Origin: Coniocarpon cinnabarinum
Lineage: Eukaryota
Assembly: GCA_051942205.1 (NCBI GenBank)
Contig: JAVECO010000114.1
Span: forward strand, 1 to 64,000
Reading direction: 5' to 3'
Length of the DNA stretch: 64,000 nt
The notes beneath the pieces are model-generated. The model was given only the letters and a program-made list of their open reading frames with translations. It did not search any database and was not told the DNA's origin. This document shows, piece by piece, positions 25,791 through 38,832 of the stretch. The position numbers and the translations under genes were made by a program. The number at the start of each line of letters is the position of its first letter. The first letter of the stretch is position 1.

Positions 25791-27110
25791 ATGCCAGACC
25801 ATATCCGCGACAAGATCAGCGACAAACTCCCTGACAAGGTCGCAACGAAGCTTCCGGACAAGCTGACCACCAGCGACCACAAGGCGGAGTCATCATCGCC
25901 ACCGGATCGCACCCTCAGCGATCCTTATCCCGTTCCTCCCCTCCCACGTGACCATGACAACTCACTTTCAACACAACAGCAACCACCACCCCGGCACTCC
26001 GAGCCTCTTTCAGATCGCCAGCCAAATGTAGACTCGTCACCACGAGACACCACATCATCACCACCACCACCACCACGTCATGGTCTCACATCCCAACAGT
26101 CCAATCTCCTCAACGATCTTTCCCAGAGGAAATACGTCCTCAAAACCACGGCCGGCCCCTCCTACGATCCCACCACCCACTATGCCCTTCCCGTTAACAG
26201 CCCCACCGCACTTCTCATCGACTCCCCTCACCTGACAGCCAAACTCAAACTCCGCATCCGCAACTTCACCGGCTTCCCCCTCTCTTCCCCTCATCACTCG
26301 CCCTATTTCAGCCTCCCAGAACACGCCAAGGACCAATACAGCGTCGCCTTCTCCTTCGTACCGAAACATGACATCTCCTCCGCCAACGCAAGGTGGGGCA
26401 ATGACTTCGATCATCCAGTCAGAGACCGCCTCCCGCCAGGCGTGAACACGGCGTTTAAGATCGTGAAGGAGTTTATTGACCCCGGACTGGCGATGGATGC
26501 ATACAGTGATGAGCCGTGGCTTTTGGGACCGGCAACATCGTGTTGGTTTAAACTGGTGGTGGGGGAGCGAGTGATCGACTCAGACGCGGAAGCAGGCCGC
26601 TTCCCAGAACCCGCGGAGGACGAAGCGATGATGGAGGGTGGCGTTGGTAGTGGCGCGGAGGTGCGTGCGGAACTTGGGATGCCGGATGATAGCGAGAAGC
26701 GGCGGAAGTGGATGCTCAAGGCTGAGAATCGGGAGCGTTTCACCTTTGAGAAGGGGAGGTGGTACATGGCTGATTTCTTCAACCCGTATCTGGATTTCGA
26801 GAACTTCGCGCTCAAAGTACCGGGGTGTAGCATAAACGTGGTCAAGTACATTGATGATAAGAGTCATGCGATGCGGTATGTGTTCAAAGATGTGGAGACT
26901 GGGACGGTGTATTTGTGCGTGGTGCTGACGCTGCTGTTTGGGAAGAAGCTCGAAGAGGAGTTGGCGGGAGCGAAGGAAGGAATGGAAAGGGACGGCGTAG
27001 ATGAGGAGTCAAAAGAGGAAGATCACGAGGAAACAGGGGAACGAGGGGAAGAGTTTGAGGACGCGGTAGAATCATTAGATGAGTTGGAAATAAAGGATGA
27101 GAAGACTTGA
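25791..27110 (+). CDS. DUF1769 family protein with a Pro-rich N-terminus and acidic C-terminus
   Basis: Motifs AGPSYD, LRIRNFTG, SPYF, DQYSVAFSF, WGNDFDHPVRDRLPPG, IDPGL..DAYSDEPW and DFFNPYLDF. First ATG at 25791. Confidence 0.8.
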   Translation: MPDHIRDKISDKLPDKVATKLPDKLTTSDHKAESSSPPDRTLSDPYPVPPLPRDHDNSLSTQQQPPPRHSEPLSDRQPNVDSSPRDTTSSPPPPPRHGLTSQQSNLLNDLSQRKYVLKTTAGPSYDPTTHYALPVNSPTALLIDSPHLTAKLKLRIRNFTGFPLSSPHHSPYFSLPEHAKDQYSVAFSFVPKHDISSANARWGNDFDHPVRDRLPPGVNTAFKIVKEFIDPGLAMDAYSDEPWLLGPATSCWFKLVVGERVIDSDAEAGRFPEPAEDEAMMEGGVGSGAEVRAELGMPDDSEKRRKWMLKAENRERFTFEKGRWYMADFFNPYLDFENFALKVPGCSINVVKYIDDKSHAMRYVFKDVETGTVYLCVVLTLLFGKKLEEELAGAKEGMERDGVDEESKEEDHEETGERGEEFEDAVESLDELEIKDEKT

Positions 27111-27213
27111 AATTGAAGATGCTTGAAACCGAGTGAGTAGGATCTGACCGTCACAGGCTGGGATTTGACCTTCAGTCACTGGGCCCTGCGCGTGAAGTGC
27201 GAACCCAAATGAA

Positions 27214-30039
27214 TCACAATACAAGGTTGATGGTGCGCCCACCACGAACGGCAATGATCCTCTGCGCAGAGTCAATGTCCCATCCCATCTTCATGGACAG
27301 AGCGGTCCACTGCTCGGAGCGCACCAGTCCAGGCAGAATCCAGTGTTTCAGAGCTTCTTGGCTTAATTCCGGAGGGGGAATTGCGATGTCGAGCACGAAC
27401 TTCAATTTGCCATTGACCTGGACTGCGCATGGCTGGGTTCGCGCTTGGAGCTCCTCCAGGGAACCGTCTGGTTCTGGAAAGCCCGCCACCGAAGCCGTCT
27501 GTTCAACGGCGAATGACTGATGATGGTGGAGTATGGCCCAGCATTCTTCGGCAAAGGAAGGGGCAATGGGTACTAGCAATCGCAACAGGACACTCAAGGA
27601 CTGTGTCATAATCGACGGTGCCAACCTAGATTCACTGGTGTGTCTCTCGGCGTCTTGAATGTCGTTGGTGAGTGTCATGAGGTCTGACACGACTGTGTTG
27701 AGCGCGAAGGTGTCTGCGAATGACTCATGGACGGAAATGATAGTGGCCTGGACCGATCTCCACAGTTCAATCTCGGCATCAATTTGAGGATTCACCGACT
27801 GCTTTTGCAATGATTCGTTGAAGCTTGACAGCTCACACGTCAGGTTCCAAATCCGTCCAAACCACCGTTGTACGCCAACGATTTTGTCTTCATCCCACTC
27901 CAAAATCTCTGTGGGGGGAGCTTGGAATAGTAGATGAGCCCGAGTTACATCTGCGCCGTACTTCTGCATGCATTGAAGCGGGTCAACGCCATTATACTTG
28001 CTTTTGGACATCTTCGCGTACGTAATGTTCGCGATTTTATCAGAGGACAGTACACGTGGCTTGTTTGGATCTGAAATGTCGACATCTCCAGGTTTTAAAA
28101 AACGGCCGGTCTTTGGATCTGAGAAGGTTTTGCCGTGAACCATGCCTTGCGTTAAAAGTCGCTGGAAAGGCTCAGCATGCCTCAGAGGCTGGACGCTGTG
28201 AGCATTTAGGAACTTGTAGATGAAACGAGCATACAGCAAATGAAGGATTGCATGCTCCACCCCACCAATGTAAAGGTCGACCGGTAAGAATGATGATTGC
28301 TTTTGCCGACCAGCGTGATCAGCAAATCGAACATAATACCATGACGAGTCCATAAAAGTGTCCATCGTGTCCGTCTCTCGTCGAGCTGATTGGCCGCAAT
28401 TTGGACATGAGACCGTGCACCATTGATCGTCTTTCTCCAATGGATTACCCGTAGCATCTTTCCAAAGCGTCTTGTCCAGCTTCGGCAATTGTACAGGAAG
28501 ATCGCGTTCGGGGACTGGGACTGATCCACAGGAAGAGCAATGAATTATAGGTATTGGGCACCCCCAATAGCGCTGGCGACTAATGAGCCAGTCACGTAGC
28601 CGCCATTTCGTGCACCTGACCGCCAGTGCCGGATCTCTCGCTGCTAGGTCGGTCAGGATCTGCTCGGACGCTGTTCCAGACTCCATTCCGCCATAGGCTC
28701 CACATTCGTCTGTCAAGAACCCAGCGTCGGTGAAGGCCGCTTCAACACTCGGACTAAGCTGAGCGTCTCGCGTAGGCACAACGACTTGTCGAGGAAGAGT
28801 CGCCGCATGCTGTTTCCAGAAAGCAAAATCTCGGGTATCATGGGCAGGAACTCCCATGACAGCACCACTGCCGTAATCCGAACGAACATAAGGAGCGACG
28901 AACACTGGTAAGTCCATGCACCCGTTCTCGTTCTCCATTATGAAAGCCAATGGGTTACATGCATGAACTTGAGACAGCTTGAAGCCAGCTTTGGAATCGG
29001 ACGGGAGATCAGGGACTTGCGCAAGAAAAGAATCCAAATGAGCGTCATTCTTGCGGACATGTTGCACGAGAGAGTGTTCAGTGGATAGAGCAATGTACTG
29101 CACACCGAACAGGGTGTCCAGGCGGGTTGTAAAGACGTGGACATCGGAGGCCAGATCTGGGATAGCGATGCCAGAACGCGGCTTCAGCTCGAATCGAACG
29201 TTTGTTCCTTCAGATCTTCCAAGCCAATTGCGCTGCATAGCAGTGACATAGCTTGGCCATTGCTTTCCGCTTTCCAAACTGTTCAAATCCTCCAGCAACC
29301 TGTCAGCGTATCTTGTGATGCCAAGAAACCACTGGCTGAGCTTTCGCTGCTCCACCCGTGCCCCTGATCTCCATGAAAATCCACTGCCATCGACTTGCTC
29401 GTTCGCGAGAACGGTCCTGTCTATAGGGTCCCAATTAACCACAGCTTCAGCTTGGTAAGCTAAACCGCTTTTGTAAAGGGATAAGAACAGCCGCTGAGTG
29501 TCTTGGTAGAAGTCGGGCGAACAAGTCATGAGTTCCTAATTTGTTCAATCAGCGCAAATGATCAACTGTAAGCTTCGCATTTGACGTACCTTATCCCAAT
29601 CCCAGCAGCCACCCATGGCCTCAATCTGGCCTCTCATTTTATCAATGTTTTGCTGGGTCCATTCCGGTGGCGGTATGCCTCTGTCGATTGCTGCATTCTC
29701 CGCTGGTAAGCCAAAGGCATCCCAGCCGATAGGATGCAAAACATCATGTCCGCACATGCGCCTGTAGCGCGCAATCACATCAGAAATGGTGTAGTTCCGA
29801 AGATGGCCAATGTGGAGGGCACCCGAAGGGTATGGAAACATTGGCAAGACATAGTACTTGCTCTCCTGCCGTCCTGGTGGCTTCCACTGTGAAGGATCTC
29901 GTTTCCATCTGGGCAGCCACTTGGTGTCAATGGCCCGGAGGTCCAACGATTGCGTGCTTGCCCGTCTGAACGGTGGGTGGACCCCTAGGCGCGACACTCG
30001 CAGCCAGCGAGAATGCCTGCATGTTTGCCATCTTATCAT
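27214..30039 (-). CDS. NAM2: Mitochondrial leucyl-tRNA synthetase (~923 aa)
   Basis: Intron at 29536-29589. HIGH motif [54 protein letters not shown] and KMSKS; Arg-rich presequence [14 protein letters not shown]. Confidence 0.93.
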
Positions 30040-30321
30040 GGGGTTAGGTAGAGTAAAGAGTGCTACTGTAGTTCTTTTGGTGTTTGGCAGTAAAGAGATT
30101 CTGGCTATACAAACCTTCCTGATGTGGATCCCCTTGCGGTTTGGATGTACCTGGGCCGCGCTGTTGCAACTCCCTACGCAGATCAAGACACTATGTCGTC
30201 CTTCATTTTCGGGCGCAAATCTATTTAGAGTCGGCGAAACTGGTGCATTGCAAATGGGGATCGTAATACTGACAGCGGTGTAATCTCGCCCTCCCTCTCT
30301 TGCACAGACTATCCCCAAAGC

Positions 30322-32210
30322 ATGTCCAGGCTGCTCCAAGAGCATAATGCATCACAGCCTTTGGCAGCACGCGACTCCCTCGAACTAGGATCCCTTGCTT
30401 CTTCTGAGCACTCGGCTTCTGCAGGATCTTCCTCACCATCCGGGGCACCCTCTTCCCGACGAGCTTCCTTTGACGATGACGACCCTCTCACTGATCACAA
30501 GGAGACGCGGCGAGCTCGCATGAACCGTTCCTACTCTGTGTCATCCGCATTTGACTTCGCCGCGCCTCTGTTTCCCCTCACCTCTTCTGCACCTGGCTAC
30601 ACTGCTTTAGGCGACCCGGCTACGGAGACAGGTCTTGCAGGCGATGCTGCTACCCTTGAGAGACAAAAATCATTGACATTTCTGAATGGGCTGGCACTGG
30701 TAGTAGGATTGATCATCGGCACGGGCATATTCTCCTCGCCAGCACAAGTCAATCGGAACGCGGGCTCGCCAGGGGCAGCACTGGCCGCATGGACGATTGC
30801 AGGTCTGCTTGCCTGGACAGGAGCCGCGAGTTATGCTGAGCTGGGCGGTGCGATCCCTCTGAATGGCGGCGCTCAGGTCTACATCTCGAAGATCTATGGT
30901 GACATGGTCGGCTTCCTCTACAGCTGGTTCACTGTGTGTGTTATCAAACCAGGTGGCGCAGGAATTATTGCCATTGTATTTGGAGAATACATTGTTCGGG
31001 CAGTGATTGGGCCAGATGCCGAAGATGCACGCTCTTGGATTAATAAAGGCGTGGCCTTGCTGGGCCTGATCGTGGTGGTGATCCTCAGCGCCATCTCAAC
31101 AAAGGTCGCTTCCAAGGCCGCCGACCTCTTTATGTTCTTCAAGTTCGTGGCCATCCTCGGGGTGACAATTACAGGGCTAGTTGTAGCCGCCACAGGATCC
31201 TCCTACGAAGGTCGAGCAAGCGTCGACTGGAAGACACACAGCTGGTTTGAAGGCACAAGAGACGATTTGTCGAGATGGGCAGTGGCTGTCTATGCGGGCT
31301 TATGGGCGTTCGATGGTTGGGACAATGTGAGTTCCGGCCTTATCCTCATCTTCAGTAACGCACTAACATGCGCAAGGTAAACTTTGTTGCTGCGGAGTTC
31401 ATCAATCCAACTCGAGACTTGCCGCGTGTCATTCACACGTCATTACCCATGGTCATTATTGCTTATCTACTTGCGAATGTTGCATACTTCCTCGTCCTCC
31501 CCCTGAAGGTGACATCGGGCAGCCAAACCATAGCTGTGGCATTTGGCGCCACGGTCTTGGGTCCAGCCGGCTCCCTGATACTAGCCTTGATTGTGGCAGG
31601 AAGCGGATTCGGTTCCCTTAACGCAACCATGTTCACGAGCAGCCGACTTTTCTATGCTGCCGCCAAGGAAGGTTATCTCCCCGCAGTAATTGGTACTCTC
31701 GGCTTTCGAGGAAATTCAGGGATACGTGTGACTAGGCGCATGAGCAGGTTGAAGCGTCCATCCACAGCGACGAACATTTTTGCACGTCTCTGCGCGGACG
31801 ATGCAACGCAGGCCGTCTTCATGACACCCGTTGCTTCCCTGGCGCTCAACTTTGTGTTCTCCGCAGCATACATCGTGATAGGGAACTTTTCGACCCTGGT
31901 CACCTTCTACGGCGTAGCGACTTACTTTTTCTACTTCCTCACAGTCCTGGGGCTGCTGATTCTCCGAGTCAAAGAGCCTCATCTGGAAAGGCCCTACAAG
32001 TGCTGGATCACCACACCGATCATCTTTTGCTGCGTCAGTCTGTTTCTGCTGTCGCGAAGCTTTGTGGCTGAGCCATGGACAAGCTTTGCCGTCATTCCAT
32101 TCTTTCTGATTGGAGCAGTAGTGTACTGGTGGAAGGTGCGGCTTGGGGGTGGCCCACATGGAGGGGACGGGACTGACTGGAGGTTTTGGAAGCGCTGGGG
32201 CAGGTCGTGA
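30322..32210 (+). CDS. APC-superfamily amino-acid permease, LAT/MUP1-like (~612 aa)
   Basis: Intron at 31327-31376. Motifs [52 protein letters not shown] and [13 protein letters not shown]. Confidence 0.9.
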
Positions 32211-32840
32211 ACGAAGGTCTCAATAAACGAAGTGTGCATACAGTTCGGCGTTGCCTATTGCATGTCTTGACATTCGGACTGCGGTCGAACAGCCTTGTCG
32301 CGTAGTGCTCAGTGCTCGTGGCCCGGACACGGTCGAGGCGCGAGGTCATGTGACTTGCCGTCCAGCTCATTGGCCTTGTTTATCAGGCGCCAGGCGCTGC
32401 AGCGTATGCGCCTGTGCACTAGCGTGTGCTACCCGCCGTTGATCGTCAACCCAAAGACCAGCAAATGCCCCTGGAGTCAAAGCAGTCGTCTGATTCGATC
32501 TATCCTTTCACGACCTGACTGTCTTGCGGCCACTCTCTGCTTCATTGCTCATCGACGCGGCCAGCGCACGGAACCCGTCCAAGGCTCGCCGCGGTTGAGT
32601 GTGTTTGTTACCGCTTCCGGCCGCCATCTCAAACTTGCAGAGCGGGCCTTGACTCCTACTGCGAGATCCTTCGAGGAGCATTTCTTGCCGCATACTCGGG
32701 CGATATACTATTGGGCTGGCTCGCCCCTTTTACACACCCTCACATTGACGTTCAACAACCCCCGCTTGGCTTGGACGCCGCCCACGTAATCCGACTGGAG
32801 GTGGTGCGCGGAGCATGTGAAGAGGAAGTGCTGACACACA

Positions 32841-35800
32841 ATGCCATCCGGAGCAGCAGACCTGAAATCGAGATCATCATCAGGTGGCAAAGGCTTCTTG
32901 CGCAGATTGGGAGGCCACAAATCTGGCGAAGACGGCAAAGAGATTCCACATCCGCCAAGCATCTTGAGCGTCAACGATGCCTCACTGGGCTCTCGGTACA
33001 GTCAACAGTCCTCGGTCTACGGTCATGAGGGGTCCAACGGATATGGCGACCCCGATGGATTTGGCGGGTATGGAGGCTCACTTGCTGCGCGCTCATATAA
33101 CAGCAAAGGAGGAAGTCACGACTATCTCCAGCATCCCTATGCAGACACCTCTTCGTCACATCCTTCTGGACCCCGACCTCCTCCTGGTGCCCTAAACGGC
33201 AATTCCACTGCCAGCCGGAGCAGCAATCGCCCCGGGACGAGCCACAGCAATCACTACACGACGCATACACCTAACGACAGCTCGCGCAATTCCTTCGACC
33301 AGGCTAGCGTTTATTCTGCTGGCTCAGGTGACCGAGCATCCAGCATCCTCTCGTTTCAGAATGAATCTCAAGCGTCTTTGACTTTGCAAGCGGGCTCCAG
33401 CGGACGCAACCTCTTGCCAAATCATCATCCGGCGCACCGGGCAAACAGCCACATGAGTACCATGTCGAGCTTCTCCACAATGACATCCATTCCTGACGGA
33501 CCCGACTTGAAACGACCTAGTGATCCAAAAGTGATCGAGGAAGAGTTCATGAAATTGATGAACAAAAGAGGCTGGACCGGTATGCCAGAGGGTGCGAGAC
33601 GGCAGATGCAAAACTATCCCATCGAGAAGAAGTGGACTTTAGTCTACCAGGATCGATTATCGGAATACCAGGGGGAGAAACGCCGGCGCACCGCGGCTCG
33701 CGAGACCGCATATCAGGATGCTAAGGGCATGCTGGCACGTGCCGATGAGGAAGGCAGCCCTGAGTGGTACGTGAGAAGGGTGATGGACAATTCGATAAAA
33801 CCGAAAGAGCTGCAAAGTTTGAGCGTCAGTCTCCGCACACAACCCATTGGCTGGGTAAAGCAATTCGTAGAAGCACAAGGCCCGATAGCATTGACGAACG
33901 TGCTCTCGAAGATCAATCGCCGGCAAGGTCAAGGACCCGCACCACCCCAGAGCTCAACAAACGATCGAGACCTCGATCGAGAATATGACATTATCAAATG
34001 CCTAAGGACGCTCATGAATAACAAGTTCGGCGCGGATGATGCTTTGCAGCACCATGGTGTGATTATAGCAATGGCTAGCTCCCTTACATCTCCTCGATTG
34101 CATACCCGAAAACTGGTCAGCGAAGTGTTGACGTTCCTCTGCTGTTGGGCAAGCGGCGAAGGCCACAGCAAAGTACTCCAGGCGTTCGATCATTTGATGC
34201 ATGCACAAGGCGAAAATGGCCGTTTTGATGGCTGGATGCGAGTAGTTGAAGTTACCGTTGACGGAAGAGGTAAAATGGGAAGCATGGTTGGCGCCTCAGA
34301 AGAAGTTCGCAGTGGAGGCGTAGGCATGGAGAACCTGCTCATGGAATATGCTGTGGCCTCACTATATCTGGTCAACATGATAGTAGGCAAAGATGAGGAA
34401 TCTCTGGAGCACCGTATGCACTTGCGAGCGCAACTCAAGGGCTGTGGCATCAACCGGATCCTGACGAAAATGGAGGACTTCCAATACGAGGTAATCGACA
34501 AGCAGATTGAGCAATATCGCACCAATGAGGGCATTGACTATGAGGACTTCCTCGAGAAGGGTAACAGCAGCATTAACGACAGTGTGGAGGCTCAGGTTCA
34601 AGATCTCAACGATCCAGTTCAAATCACGGACGCTATATTGTCAAAATTACATGGAACGAGGGTGCAAGACTATTTCACCTCACTCATGCAGCATCTTCTG
34701 TTGCTGCGAGACAATCAAGGCGAGGACCAGCTGCGTATGTTCCAACTTGCAGACGCAATGTTGGGATACATCAGCATGGACCGACGCCTGCCCGACATGG
34801 ATCTCGCGAAAAGCTTGAATTTCACTATGCAAGGTCTCGTTGACAAGCTGTATACCGATTCGGAGGCACGTCAGCTCCGCGAAGATGCACTCGAAGCGCG
34901 GCAGATTGCCGACTCAGCTATCGCCGAGCGCGACGAGATGCGTGCCAAGGTTGATATGGGAGCAGATGGACTGGTAGCCCGTCTTCAGAAACAGCTCGAG
35001 GAGCAGCAGCGGATCATTCAGACGCAAGCGCGCAACGTTCGCAACTTGAAAGGGGAGATTACCAATCTTCAAGAATTGAGAGCCAAAGATCTTCAGCAGA
35101 CCGAGCTTGAGACGCGCGAGCTCTATTTGATGCTTCGAGATGCTCAGGAGGAAGCCAGAGCCAAGGCTGTAAAAGACGGCAGACTCAATACGCCCTCACA
35201 AAACGCACAGCCTGGTGTCCTTGACCGTGAAAAGCTGATGACCAGGTTGGAGAGGCAGCTCGAGAGAGCCAAGACGCAGGCCAAGTTGGAAGGAAAGCAA
35301 TGGCAACAGGCATCCGCTCCATCCGAGCAACTGCGTGAATTACGTGAGCAGATGGACGGCTCACCTGGGGATGAGAAGATGAACGGTCCGATGCTGGAAA
35401 ATAAAGTCTTTGGGAGTGCTCGAGCGAAGAGTCACATTCAAGAAGATAAGGACGGTGCAATTTACGAGACACCACATCTGGTGGAAATATCTCGTCCGCC
35501 GAAGATTAGTGAAGCTCAAAAGGGAGGTCTGCTTGCGGAGATCACATCCAAGATGGGCAAACACGATTCGGCAGACAGCATCGAAGGCGATGGAGTCACG
35601 ACGGGCACCACACATCCCTCGCTCGAATCCAATGAACCCCAGACTCCTAGCGAGATCACGATGGACAAACCCGATACCACAAAAACATCGAATGTCGTCC
35701 CGAAAGCGTCCGCGCCACCGCCTCCTCCACCTATGCCGGGCTTCTCTGGCGCTCCTCCTCCACCGCCGCCTCCAATGCCAGGTTCGACAAATGCTCCGCA

Positions 35801-37880
35801 GATGCCGGGCTTCTCCACCAACGCGCCCCCACCTCCTCCATTACCAGGAGCTTCCATGCCTCCCCCGCCTCCGCCTCCTATGCCGCCATCCAAAACTTCC
35901 GGCTCCGGCGGATGGGTGCACGTATCCACGCTTCCAGGTGGAGTTGCCCCCGTTCCACCGCCGATGCCTGGGCCTGCCAGTCCGTATCGAGGACAAAATA
36001 TGGACATTCCTCCAACGCCAACAAATGGACTGGCGAGCGTGCGTCCCAAGAAGAAGCTTAAGGCGTTGCATTGGGAGAAAGTCGACGAACCTCAGGGCTC
36101 GCTGTGGTCTGAACGAGCTAACACGTACGAGGCGAAAGAAGAGAAATATGTTGAGTTGTCCAAACGCGGCATTCTGGACGAAGTCGAGAAGCTCTTCATG
36201 GCCAAAGAAATTAAGCAAATTGGCAAAACATCCAAAGGGAAGGAAGAGAAGAAGCAAATCATCTCTAGGGATCTCATGCACACCTTCCAAATCGCCTTGG
36301 CTAAGTTTTCGACGGTTGCCACTGACAAGCTCGTGCAAATGATTATTCACTGTGACCGAGACGTGCTTGAGAACCCTGTTATGATGGATTTCTTGCAGCG
36401 TAACGATCTGTGCGAAATTCCAGACAATGTTACGAAGCTTATGGCACCTTATAGCAAGGACTGGACTGGGCCGAACTCGAGATCTACAGAACGGGAACAG
36501 AACCCCGAAGAATTGACGAGAGAGGATCAGTTGTATCTCTACACTGCCTTCGAATTGCACCACTATTGGAAGTCAAGAATGCGGGCTCTTGCTCTTACGC
36601 GCACGTATGAAAAGGAGTACGACGAGATACAGGAGAAGCTTCAACAGATCATTGATGTTTCCGACTCCCTGCGAAATTCGGTGTCCCTCATGAATGTGCT
36701 AGGTCTGATTCTAGATATCGGCAATTTCATGAATGATGCAAACAAACAGGCTTCGGGTTTCAAGCTGAGCTCGCTCGCTCGGCTGGGTATGGTGAAGGAC
36801 GAGAAAAATGAGTCGACTTTTGCAGACTTGGTGGAGCGAATCGTTCGCCAGCAATACCCTGAATGGGAGGGCTTCGTTGATGAGATCTGGGGCGTGGTCA
36901 ATGTTCAGAAGGTCAACGTCGAGCAAGTCAAGCAGGATGCCCGCAGATACATTGACAACATCAATAAGGTGCAGATGTCCCTTGACGCAGGCAATCTCAG
37001 CGACCCCAAGAAGTTCCACCCTGAAGATAGGGTCAGCCAGGTGGCACAACGGGCGATGAAGGAAGCGCGCCGGAGAGCCGAACAGCTGGAGATCTTCTTG
37101 GACAACATGAGTACCAAGTATGAAGAGATCATGGCCTTCTACGGCGAAGATGCCAACGACGAGAACGCCCGACGAGATTTCTTCGTCAAATTAGCTCAGT
37201 TCGTCACCGGCTGGCGACAATCCAAAGACAAGAATGTGGTCTTCGAGGAGACTCGCAAGCGTAATGAGGCGTCTATGAAGCGCAAGCAACAAGTTGCCAA
37301 TGCTCCCTTAACACCCAGTCCGGAGAAGTCTCCCACTGATACTGGCGCCATGGATCAGCTTCTGGAAAAGCTTCGTGCCGCGAAACCGCAGAACAAAGAT
37401 CAAAGAGACCGCAGACGGCGAGCCAGACTCAAAGATCGGCACGAAGTTCGTGTGGCTTCCGGGCAGAAAGTGCAAGAGCTGCCCGCATCTCCACGCAGTG
37501 GCGAGGAGGACGCCAAGCTCACTCCACCCGTCGAAGACGACACGACTGCTGACTCCCAACCTGCACCGATCCAGGAGGAAGAGCAGGACGTTGGAGCCAG
37601 AGCCGCAACGATGCTACAGGGTCTTTCTGGACTCGACGAAAGCACGATCCACTTCCGCAGACGGCAAAGCTCTGACGAGGAGCGTCTACGACGGCGCAGA
37701 AGGAAGGGGGCCTCGACGATCGGCTCCAGCGATAGTAGTCTCTCCCAGGAGCGCAAGATCGACGAAACTATTACGGAAGAGCCTACAGGCATTGATCTCA
37801 AGAGCCCTGATCTTGTCATCTCGCCGCCTTCAGAGGACACGGAGATGACGCCTCTTGCGTCGCCGGCGCCCACGTACTAG
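32841..37880 (+). CDS. sepA: Diaphanous-related formin, SepA/Bni1 type (1679 aa)
   Basis: GBD/FH3 region (LSVSLRTQPIGWVKQFV), poly-Pro FH1 at about 35710-35970, FH2 (PKKKLKALHWEK, LILDIGNFMN, GFKLSSL) and DAD (MDQLLEKLR). Confidence 0.93.
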   Translation: MPSGAADLKSRSSSGGKGFLRRLGGHKSGEDGKEIPHPPSILSVNDASLGSRYSQQSSVYGHEGSNGYGDPDGFGGYGGSLAARSYNSKGGSHDYLQHPYADTSSSHPSGPRPPPGALNGNSTASRSSNRPGTSHSNHYTTHTPNDSSRNSFDQASVYSAGSGDRASSILSFQNESQASLTLQAGSSGRNLLPNHHPAHRANSHMSTMSSFSTMTSIPDGPDLKRPSDPKVIEEEFMKLMNKRGWTGMPEGARRQMQNYPIEKKWTLVYQDRLSEYQGEKRRRTAARETAYQDAKGMLARADEEGSPEWYVRRVMDNSIKPKELQSLSVSLRTQPIGWVKQFVEAQGPIALTNVLSKINRRQGQGPAPPQSSTNDRDLDREYDIIKCLRTLMNNKFGADDALQHHGVIIAMASSLTSPRLHTRKLVSEVLTFLCCWASGEGHSKVLQAFDHLMHAQGENGRFDGWMRVVEVTVDGRGKMGSMVGASEEVRSGGVGMENLLMEYAVASLYLVNMIVGKDEESLEHRMHLRAQLKGCGINRILTKMEDFQYEVIDKQIEQYRTNEGIDYEDFLEKGNSSINDSVEAQVQDLNDPVQITDAILSKLHGTRVQDYFTSLMQHLLLLRDNQGEDQLRMFQLADAMLGYISMDRRLPDMDLAKSLNFTMQGLVDKLYTDSEARQLREDALEARQIADSAIAERDEMRAKVDMGADGLVARLQKQLEEQQRIIQTQARNVRNLKGEITNLQELRAKDLQQTELETRELYLMLRDAQEEARAKAVKDGRLNTPSQNAQPGVLDREKLMTRLERQLERAKTQAKLEGKQWQQASAPSEQLRELREQMDGSPGDEKMNGPMLENKVFGSARAKSHIQEDKDGAIYETPHLVEISRPPKISEAQKGGLLAEITSKMGKHDSADSIEGDGVTTGTTHPSLESNEPQTPSEITMDKPDTTKTSNVVPKASAPPPPPPMPGFSGAPPPPPPPMPGSTNAPQMPGFSTNAPPPPPLPGASMPPPPPPPMPPSKTSGSGGWVHVSTLPGGVAPVPPPMPGPASPYRGQNMDIPPTPTNGLASVRPKKKLKALHWEKVDEPQGSLWSERANTYEAKEEKYVELSKRGILDEVEKLFMAKEIKQIGKTSKGKEEKKQIISRDLMHTFQIALAKFSTVATDKLVQMIIHCDRDVLENPVMMDFLQRNDLCEIPDNVTKLMAPYSKDWTGPNSRSTEREQNPEELTREDQLYLYTAFELHHYWKSRMRALALTRTYEKEYDEIQEKLQQIIDVSDSLRNSVSLMNVLGLILDIGNFMNDANKQASGFKLSSLARLGMVKDEKNESTFADLVERIVRQQYPEWEGFVDEIWGVVNVQKVNVEQVKQDARRYIDNINKVQMSLDAGNLSDPKKFHPEDRVSQVAQRAMKEARRRAEQLEIFLDNMSTKYEEIMAFYGEDANDENARRDFFVKLAQFVTGWRQSKDKNVVFEETRKRNEASMKRKQQVANAPLTPSPEKSPTDTGAMDQLLEKLRAAKPQNKDQRDRRRRARLKDRHEVRVASGQKVQELPASPRSGEEDAKLTPPVEDDTTADSQPAPIQEEEQDVGARAATMLQGLSGLDESTIHFRRRQSSDEERLRRRRRKGASTIGSSDSSLSQERKIDETITEEPTGIDLKSPDLVISPPSEDTEMTPLASPAPTY

Positions 37881-38832
37881 ACACCTACACATACAGTAAT
37901 GACAGCGAGTGGACAACAGCAGTAGCAGCGGCGACCTTTTCTATTCTCGAATGTATTTTTCAAAATATACCCGTTTAGTATCGATGATGTGTGCAATCAC
38001 GCGCGGCGCGTGGTCTGTGATTGGGCTAATGTGGGATGCTGCGGAAGCGTGGATGCATTCGACCTCTGCGGCTGCCTGTGTGGTCGCTATGATCCGGAGA
38101 TGTGTATTCCAGGGGACTTGGACGGGATCGTTGTACATATTGACCGGTATGCGCGTGGACGCTGCAGGTTCTTAACAGTGGATAGTGAAAGTATTTGCGG
38201 CTCGGTCAGAGAGACTTGGCCTTCACGCATGATGCGTGATATTAATTCATGATTTTCCAGGGGAAGCGTCTTTGTGCATTTCGTGCATTACTCATGTGTG
38301 GCGTTGTGCTTTGTCCTGTTCCGTTGACTTGGGACCTTGGTGCTGAAGTTGAGTGTGACTTGTATGTACAGGGAGCAGGTCGCGGGGTTGAAGAGGTGAC
38401 TTGACGAGACGGGACAGCGCAGCGGTGTTGGGATATCTTGCATAAGTGAGACATCCTTCTGACGCCAGGATGTCACGCGTTTAGATGCACAGATACCACA
38501 CGCTCTGGCATGCCGCTATGTCAACAGCAGATTCTCAGCCTCATGTCGTTCTCCAGATGCAGCCTTCCTCCCTTTGCCGTTCCCTCATGCTTTTCCACCA
38601 CCTCCTCGAATTCGGAGATTTGCTCTCATCCAACTTCAGTTCGTCAAAGTAAAGACTATGGCTGCTGCTCTTCTCCGTCCTCACACTATAAGCTTTTCCT
38701 CCGGCTTTTTCCTACTCCACTTACCCCTCGCGGCCTTCCAATCTCATTCACCCTCTTTGAGCTCTGCCTTCCTCAGTGCTCACCCCTCCCATTATCCCTG
38801 CTTTACTGACCTCGCCCTGCCATTCTCCCCTC

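Noticed and set aside
29545..30345. 266-aa ORF implying NAM2 overlaps the permease start
   Set aside because: It begins at a non-ATG codon. ATG 30039 gives a typical mitochondrial presequence and leaves a normal ~280-bp divergent promoter.
35410..36563. Long overlapping or antisense ORFs (310, 177 and 240 aa) within the formin, and similar ones in MFS, GYP7 and MMtag
   Set aside because: They are shadow frames of GC-rich, low-complexity coding sequence with no motifs of their own.
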